Shown: positions 55,803 through 64,000 of the stretch, piece after piece
Position numbering within the stretch: the stretch's first letter is position 1
Layout: the number at the start of each line of letters is the position of its first letter
Source: Mobula hypostoma
Taxonomy: Eukaryota
Length of the DNA stretch: 64,000 nucleotides
NCBI RefSeq assembly: GCF_963921235.1
Contig: NC_086097.1
Coordinates: 38,380,001-38,444,000, forward strand
Direction: 5' to 3'
Notes under the pieces: model-generated
Database searches by the model: none
What the model was told of the DNA's origin: nothing
The model's input: only the letters and a program-made list of their open reading frames with translations
Program-made: the position numbers and the translations under genes

Positions 55803-56089
55803 CTATTAAGGAAATATAAAAATAGTAATTAATATTAAGGCTCTTTCATCTTAATTTCAGCAAGTAATGCTAAAAGATGATAACCATTACTCAATATTGT
55901 CAGAATAATAAGTTGTCTAAAGAATCCAACTAAAGAGCCTAAAAATTACTAAAAATATTTTATGGTCTCAGCTACCTGAGTCACTGATCTGTGACTTTAG
56001 ATTTAATGTAATTAGCCACTGCTGTTCTTTATACCCATCCTTAAAAGGCCCTTGGGAAGATGAAATCAAACCACCTTGTGTAAGTCATA

Positions 56090-56430
56090 GATCATAAAAG
56101 ATAGCAGCCGAATTAGGCCATTCAGCCCATTGAGTCTGCTCAGCCATTCCATCATGGCTGATTTATTATCCACCACAACCCCATTCTCCTGCTTTGTCCC
56201 CGTAATCTTTTCACACCCTTACTAATCAAGAACCTATTAACCTCCACTTTAAATATATCCACATCCAGCTGTGGCAATGAATTCCACAGATTCACCACCA
56301 CCTGGCAGAAGAAATACCTCCTCATCTCTGTTCTAAAGCGACATCCTTCTATTCTGAGGCTGTTCCCTGTGGTCCTAGACTCCCCCACGAAAGGAAACAT
56401 CCTATCCACATCCACTCTATCAAGACCCAT
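56090..56430 (-). mobile_element. CR1 3' end
   Basis: GLDRVDVDRMFPFVGESRTTGNSLRI...VVNLWNSLPQ. Confidence 0.85.
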
Positions 56431-57900
56431 TAAGTCTATGTGGAGAAGAGCATAAACGAATGGAGAAAGTACATCCAAGTTAGCTTGGTATGCATCTTGG
56501 AGGGGAAATTGCTAGGGCCTTGTCCCCAGATGCTTGTTACCTTTGTTTAGCTGGTGACATTATGACCTTAATCATTTGAATGCTTAACACTGGGTAGAAA
56601 TAACAACTTAGATTTACATTTTAAAATAAATTTGCTAAGCCATTAGACAATTTTCTATTGATAGAATTCCTTGTTGCTGAAGCACAGCATTCTAAAATTC
56701 TGTTATTGGTGAAATTAGGTTAAGATCAGTTTAATTAACTAAAGGTGCAAATTTCTACGAAAGGACTTGAGGATGGGACTTATTTACATTTGATTGATGG
56801 TTAATATGTGCAAGTAAACAAACTGCTGGCTTGGGAAGATAACAGCAGGGTTAATCTAAGACTTGTATACTGTATATGATATGAATGAAAACATAAAAAA
56901 GCAATCCTGCAGAGTCTTGGAACTTACCTTCATTCTCCCCATCAATGAACTGTTCCCACAAGCTATGGACTCAATTTCAAAAGCTGTTCATCTCATGTTC
57001 TTGATATTTATTGTTTATTTATCATTATTATTACTATTATTTCCTTTTTTTTTCCTTTTGTATTTGCAGAGTTTGTTGTCTTTTGCAAATTGATTGCTTG
57101 TCCGTCCTGTTAGGAGCGGTCTTTCACTGATTCTATTATGTTTCTCGTATTTACTATGAATGCCCGCAAGAAAATGAATCTCAAGATTGTATACAGTGAC
57201 ATATATGTACTTTGATAATAAATTTACTTTGAAGTGAACTTTCATGGAACCCCTCCACTTTTGTGCCATCTCAAAAAATTGATTAATAATGTTGAAACTT
57301 GGCTGGTTTTGGCCTGACAGTGAGGCCAGAAGACAAGAGCCTTCAAATGCAAAGTGATTTAGGAAAAGCAAGGAGCAAGAGCCTAGGATTCTACCTTGAT
57401 CAGATTCTTCAGATAAACATTTGACTATTATTATTGTCACATGTACCGAGATACAGTGAACAGCTTGTCATACGGATCAGTTCATTACACAGTGCATTGA
57501 GGTAGAAGAATATTAGGAAAATATAACTGATTCATGGAAAGTAATCAAATGCCATGGCTGCATAGTGGTTAACATGACACTATTACAGCTCAGGGCCGAG
57601 TTCAGACTTCAACTCTGACGTCAGCTATAAGGTGTCTCTACTTCCTCCCCATGGAATGTATGGGTTTTCTCCGGGTGCTCCGGTTCCCACCCACAGTCCA
57701 AAGATGTACTGGTTAGTAGGTTAGTTGGTCATTGTAAATTAGGCTAAGGTTGAACTGAAGTTTACTTGGGCAGCACGGCCCAAGGGGTCGGAAGGGCCTA
57801 CTGTAAGTAAATAAACGAATAAATAAATAAGCAGACAAAATAAAAATGCAATCTCGCAGTGAAAGCATTAATTCTTGATGTACATGAAGGGTTTACCCAC

Positions 57901-58051
57901 TTGGACTGCACCATACGATCTTGTTCTGCTGACAAAGCTTCCACATAAACTGTAGCCTTTCCCTGAAGATGGGGTTCCACTGCTTCCAATACAGGCTTCT
58001 TTAAGATAAACGACCTTGTATCACCACCAGGTTTTGACTCTATTGGTTGCA
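57901..58051 (-). CDS. ZC3H14: ZC3H14 exon (QPIESKPGGDTRSFILKKPVLEAVEPHL...DRMVQSK)
   Basis: ccctag acceptor, AA|gtgggt donor; DTRSFILKKP signature; phase 1-2. Confidence 0.88.
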
Positions 58052-58389
58052 CTAGGGAATCCATAGGAGTTTATATTTTACAACAGTTAACAATCATGAC
58101 AAAAAACAAAGTTATCCATTTCAGAGGCACTGCAGAGCATAAGGTCAAGCAAACCACTCTAGCACCTGTCAGAAACACTTAAAGGATGCATTTTTCAATC
58201 AGTTTTAAAATTTAATGCTTTATGCAAAAACAAGCTTCAAATATTCTTGTCTGGTTGGCTGTGAATCACAAATGCAGAATGACTGAAAAATGCTATATGT
58301 CAATATGCTGCAATTGTTTTGAGTTATTTTACATGATCCAAGGCTAAAACGATGCAAACTTTTTTTAAAAACAAAGCTTATACAAAGCT

Positions 58390-59870
58390 TAAGATCATAA
58401 GATGTAGGAGCAGAATTAGGCCATTTGGCACATTGACTCTACTCCGCCATTTCATCATAGCTGATTTAATATCTCTCTCAACCCAATTTTCCTGTCTTCT
58501 CCCCGTAACCGTTGAAGCTCTGAGTAACCAACAACTTATCAACCTCTGCTTTAAATATACTCAATGACTTGGCCTCCACAACCGTACATGGCAATGAAAT
58601 CCACAGATTCACCACCCTCTGGCTAAAGAAATTCCTCCTCATCTCTGTTTTAAATGGATGTCCCTCTATTTAGAGGCTGTACCCTCTGATCCTAGACTCA
58701 CACACTATAGGAAACATCCTCTTACATCCAGTCTGCCTAGGCTTTTCAATATTTGGTAGATACCCCTCATTCTTCAAAATTCCAACAAATACAGACCTTG
58801 AGCCATCAAAGGCTCCTCTTACATTAGCCCTTTTGTTACTGGAAGCATTTTCGTGAACCTCCTTTGGACCTTCTCCAATATCAACACATCTTTTCTTAGA
58901 TGAAACTGCTCACAATACTCTAAGCGTGATCTAACCAATGTATAAAGCCATACCATCACACCCTTGCTCTTATATTATAGTCCTCTTGAAATCAATGCTA
59001 ACATTGCATTTGCCTTCCTTACCACTGACTCAACCTGCAAGTTAACCTTTAGGGAATCCTGCACAAGGGCTCCCAAGTCCCCTTGCACCTTTGATTTCTG
59101 AATTTTCTCCCCGTTTAGAAAATAGTCTACGTCTTCATTCCTTCTGCCAAACTGTATGACCATACACTTCCCTACACTATTTTCCATCTGCAAATTCTTT
59201 CCCCATTCTCCTAATCAGTCTATGTCCTTCTGCAGATTCCCTACTTCCTCAAACTTCGTGACCAAGTTTGCGAATGATACAAAGATAGGTGGAGGAGCAG
59301 TAATCTTTGTATCATCTGCAAACTTGGCCACAAAGCCATCAATTCTGTCATACAAATCGTTGACATATAATGCGAAAAGAAGCAGTTCCAATATCAACCC
59401 CTGCAGAACACCACTAGTCACTAACAGCTTATTAGATAGGTACACTTTATTCCCACTCTTTGCCTCCACCAGTCAGCCAATCTTCTATCCATGCTGGTAT
59501 CTTTTATGTAATACCATAGGCTCTTATCTTGTTAAGCAGCCTCATGTGCAGCACCTTGTTAAAGGCCTTCTGAAAATCCAAACAAACTATTTCCACTGAT
59601 TCTCCTTTATCTATCCTGACTGTTAATTCCTCAAAGGATTCCAATGGATTTGTCAGGCAAGATTTCCCCTTAAGGAAACCATGCTGACTTACTTTATCGT
59701 GCATGTCCAAGTATCCCGAAAATACAACATCTTCGTAACCAATGAAGACAGACTGACTGGCCTATGATTTCTTACCTTCTGCCTCCCTCCCTTCTTAAAG
59801 AGCGGAGTGACATTCACAATTTTTTTAGTCCTCCAGAACTATTCCAGAATCTAGTGATTCTTGAAAAGAT
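58390..59870 (-). mobile_element. CR1 LINE RT and 3' end
   Basis: SQHGFLKGKSCLTN, LDFQKAFNKVLH, VAKFADDTKI, VRKANAMLALISRGL. Confidence 0.9.
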
Positions 59871-62499
59871 CAATACTAAACTTAACTATAGAAATGAATC
59901 AGCATAAACATGTTCTCCCAGTAGTATAAAGTGTATGATCCAACTTGGCTTATACTGAAGTCCCTGCATCATGGAAGCTGGTCTTCAGCCAACTTGACTT
60001 CCATCATGTGGTATCAGCAAAAATAATGGGACAAGAATATCACCACTGTAATACTGAATGCCTGCTATTCAGAACTAGCTACATATTTATAACTAACTTG
60101 TTCTATTTGAAATAACACTATTTTAATACCTAGCAGGGTGAAAAGTCTTCCAGGGGACCTCAGAGGATAAATCTAATTACCATCCAGTCTACTCTCAGTC
60201 AATAGAGCCATCAAGAATCAGAGTCAGAATCAAATTTATTATCACTGACATATGTCATGAAATTTGTAGTTTTGTGGCATCAGTACAGTGTAAGACAAAA
60301 AAAAACTTACTATAAGTTACAATAAAAAGAGGAATATCAAAGTAGTATTGATGGATAGTTCAGAAATAGAACGAAGAAGCTGCTCGTAAAACATTGAGAG
60401 GGTCTGACTCAGGTGGTTCTGATTCACTAATAACACTTTCAATGAGCCCCATCTGGGCTTCTTCAGAACCACTTATTTCTGATCCAAATAAAGAACAAAG
60501 AACTGAATTCCAAAAATCACTGCTCTTGACAACAAGGCACTGGGTATCAAGGAGAAAAACTATGAAATTAACAAGGAGAAATCTATGGAGGGGAATAGGA
60601 GTGGATGGAAGATGCCTGGAATAAAGATCAATCACCCAGTCCCCGTCACTGGTTCAGAGGCTCTCTCTACCAGCATTAGGCAACAACCACCACTTGCTTC
60701 ATCAATGATACCCTACCATTATGGAAAAGCCAGGTTTTCCTTTGCGACTTCTCAGAAAATGAAGCAGTCTGTGCATGCACGCAGCATGACCAAGGCAACA
60801 TTTGGGCATGGGCTAGTAAGTGGCAAATAATAAGCAGATCTAACACATACTCTCAGCATTCAATGGCACTGCCATCATCAAGTACTCCACAATCACTATC
60901 CCACAGAATACCAATGACCACAAAGTTAGTTGGACAAATCATATAAATTCTGAGGCATCAACAGCAGGTTGACAGCTGATACCCTACTGTGAACGACTCA
61001 TTCCTCAACACCCCTAAAGCTTTATACCATTTACAAGTCAGGTATGTATATTAGAGTACTCTTCACTTTCATGAATGACTGCAGCTTGAACATACTCAAG
61101 AAGCCCAATATCAATCAGGAACAAGCAGCAAGCTTAACTGGCACCCCATCTACTCTGTTCACCATTGCATACCATTGATACAGTGTAGGGCTTCTACAAA
61201 AATACACCTTAATTACTTGTTTCAGCAGCTTCAACAGTACCTCACAAACCTGCAATATATTTTGGCACATGAGACAAGGGCAAAGCACACATAATAGTAT
61301 GCTACCTCCTGTAAATTCCCTTCCAAAAGAAAGATTGAAGATTGTTTAATGTCATTTCTAGTACACAAGTGTAAAGGAGAACGAAATAATTGTTACTCCA
61401 GATCTGATGCAAAAACACTGAATAAGATAAAGAATGTAATATAATTTAAAAATATAATAAATATATATACATAAGATTGCGTATATACATAGCTTGATTG
61501 TATGTCCATAAAGTGACACTAGGCACAGAAGTTTCTGTACACGAGGTGACTGACAGAAAATTGTAAAGTAGTGACGGAGGGTGGGTTAGTGACTGTAAGT
61601 GTTATTCAGCCTTACTGCTTGGGAAAGTAACCATTTTTGAGTTTGGTGTCCTGGTATGGATGCTATGTAGCCTCCTCTCAGATGAGAGTGGAAAAAATAG
61701 ACAATGAACAGAGTGGTTGGGATCTTTTATGATGTTACTGGCCCTTTTCCAGCACCTTTCTGTATATATGTCCTTAGTGGCACGTAGGCTAGAGCCAGTG
61801 ATGCAGTTTTGACTACCCATTGCAGAGCCTTCCTGTCTGCAGCACCGCAGTTTCCACACCAAGCAATGATGCAGCTTGTTAGGATGCTCTTTACTGTGCA
61901 TCCGTAGAATGACCAGCGCATAGATGTGCATAATCCAGCTTTCTTCAGCCTCCTCAGAAAAGAGAGGTGTTGGTGAGCTTTCCTGATTCTGCAGAATGTG
62001 TTCTGGGACCATGAGAGGTTGTGCGAGATGTGCACTCCCAGGGGTTTGAAAATAGTGAATTGAGTAGAATAAGGAAAAAGGAAAGGATTTAAGAGAGTAA
62101 ATTTAAGATGAAAAATGTTGGAAAGGTTGAAAATTAATTTCGATATTAAGCTCTATAAAGCAAGAGTGATACAGCTGCTAAAGATAGGGTGCAACCTAGT
62201 ACCAATGTAAATGCCTGTATGGGCAAAGAGTGAAGATTATTAAATTGAGAAGAATGCAGGATTTCAAGCAACTATAATGCTGTAATAAAGAGAACACTGA
62301 GAGGAAGGGGGGGGGATGTGGTGCAAGAAACCGAGAAGTTAATATAAGGGAATATACATTTTAAAAGCCAATGAAGAACAGAAAACATTGACCACAATGT
62401 TATCCCCCCAAAATATATACATCAACTTCCAATAAAGATAATTACTATAGTCTTGGATTGATGTTGATTTGTTTTCATTAAGGTAATTATGGTTCTTAC

Positions 62500-62655
62500 A
62501 GTAATATTTTTGTACAGGTTGTTCAGCTGCACTGATCTGTAACTGTAAGCCATGTTGATGGGGTTTGTCTACTGGATTAATTGCTTCAATTTCACTGCTT
62601 TCACGTACGGCCCGAGTTCTAGGAGCCACAGGTACCATCTGTTTCTGTGAAACAA
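62500..62655 (-). CDS. ZC3H14: ZC3H14 exon (VSQKQMVPVAPRTRAVRESSEIEAINPVDKPHQHGLQLQISAAEQPVQKYY)
   Basis: gtatag acceptor; QKQxxPVAPRTR signature; donor T|gtaaga chosen for consensus and phase 1, less certain. Confidence 0.8.
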
Positions 62656-63546
62656 CTATACAAAAGGAATACTTGCAATTAATTTTTTTTAAACTCTTCA
62701 AATACTTCATCCATACTTTTGTATTATTTTAGCTTAACTCTCAGAGAAACAAGGTAGAAAACAAGAATGAAGTTTCAACCGAAATTGCTTCAGTTTTACA
62801 ATATAACAAAGCATTCAAAATGGAAGTGAAACTAAAATGGAATGTTTCGTTTTCATGAAACTCTAGATTGTTAACACAAAACATATAGATTGGAATTAAA
62901 AAATAGGCATCTTTGTTCTTTTCTTTTAAAATAAAAGCACACTTACTGATTACAACTTAGAAAGCAGCCTTACCACCTCTTAGGAACATGAGAGCAAAAC
63001 CCCCATCAGTCCTGTTCTCCCCCTCCTTATTTCCATGCATCTTACTTTCTTTCGGATTCCCATTAATTCCTCTTTGATTATTTTGCCACTTATCTTTATA
63101 AATAGCTGACTTACAGTAGCCAATTAACCTATCAGAACATCTTTGGGATATGGGAGTAAACTGAACCAGCGGGCAGAAACCTACAAGATCAAGGAGAAAA
63201 CAGAAAACTGCACACGTTCAAAGGTCAAGATCAAATCCAGGTACCTGGAGCATTGAAGGAGCAAAACCATTTATTCTGCCGCTGTGGTGCCCAATATGAG
63301 CAGCCATAGCATTTCATTTGGAGCATTAAGCTGTCAACATTTTCACCCCTCAACCATCAGGCTCTTGAACCAGAGGGGATAACATCACTTGCCCCATCAC
63401 TGAACTGTTCCCACAACCTTCAAGGACTCTTCATCTCATGTTCTTGATATTTATTTCTTATTTATTTATTATTATTTTCACTTTCTTTTTGTATTTGCAT
63501 AGTTTGCCGGTTTTTTTTGCATACTGGTTGTAGTCTGTCCTGTCGT

Positions 63547-64000
63547 TGTATAGCCATGTATTTGAAAACAAACTAAGACCACTCAGAGACTAAGCATGGG
63601 GTCTGACACTGTATGATATGCTCCACAAATAACGAAGCTCTTAGTCAAAGAAAATACGTTTCATCCTTTATTACGAAACCAGCAAAGACTAATAATCTTA
63701 CAACAATAAAAAACTAAGGAAACTAAAACCAGCAATATAACGAAATAAGTGGCCTAAGTGTATTCAGGAGTATTTAAGTGAACTTAAAGTGCATTTAAAC
63801 AATAAGCGGTTTTAAACATTAGCGAGAAATTAACGTTCGTAGACGTTAGCAGTCAATAAAAAAATAGCATTTTCCCGGCCTACCACTTGATCTAACCAAA
63901 CTAAAACTGACCTACAGACAAAGCATGAATATGTAACTATATTCTTCACTTCTACTCCGCCCCAACCCACATGACTAACTACCGATAATAAAAGTGCAAC
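63547..64000 (-). mobile_element. Possible LTR-like insertion running off the window
   Basis: Abruptly interrupts a LINE-tail repeat at TGTATAG; minus-strand AATAAA at about 63667-63672; no coding evidence. Confidence 0.3.

Noticed and set aside
60360..60635. Overlapping ORFs on both strands as a possible missing ZC3H14 exon
   Set aside because: No similarity recognised, and the best acceptor would create TAA when joined to the upstream exon

Overview
Intron-rich vertebrate genomic DNA, most likely from a cartilaginous fish (probably a ray), inferred from HE1/V-type SINEs and abundant CR1, Rex1/Babar and Penelope relics. The + strand carries the 3' half of EML5 (HELP/WD40 microtubule-associated protein). 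I reconstructed 18 coding exons from 2925 to the stop at 42630, in continuous phase. They include three microexons (15, 9 and 21 nt) and one GC-AG intron. The - strand carries the 3' part of ZC3H14 (CCCH zinc-finger poly(A)-binding protein), with 8 exons from 62655 down to the stop at 45267, convergent with EML5 as in human. The most notable non-genic structures are: a ~98-bp TSD-flanked insertion that is essentially an intact minimal type-I hammerhead ribozyme (26435-26532); a 2.7-kb purine-rich minisatellite with three nested periodicities (34, 256 and 609 bp); a young L1 inserted in the polypyrimidine tract of an EML5 exon; an ERV env plus LTR relic; and a Tc1 relic. Gene identities rest on my recollection of the human proteins; no database search was run. 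Repeat boundaries are approximate unless TSDs are given.
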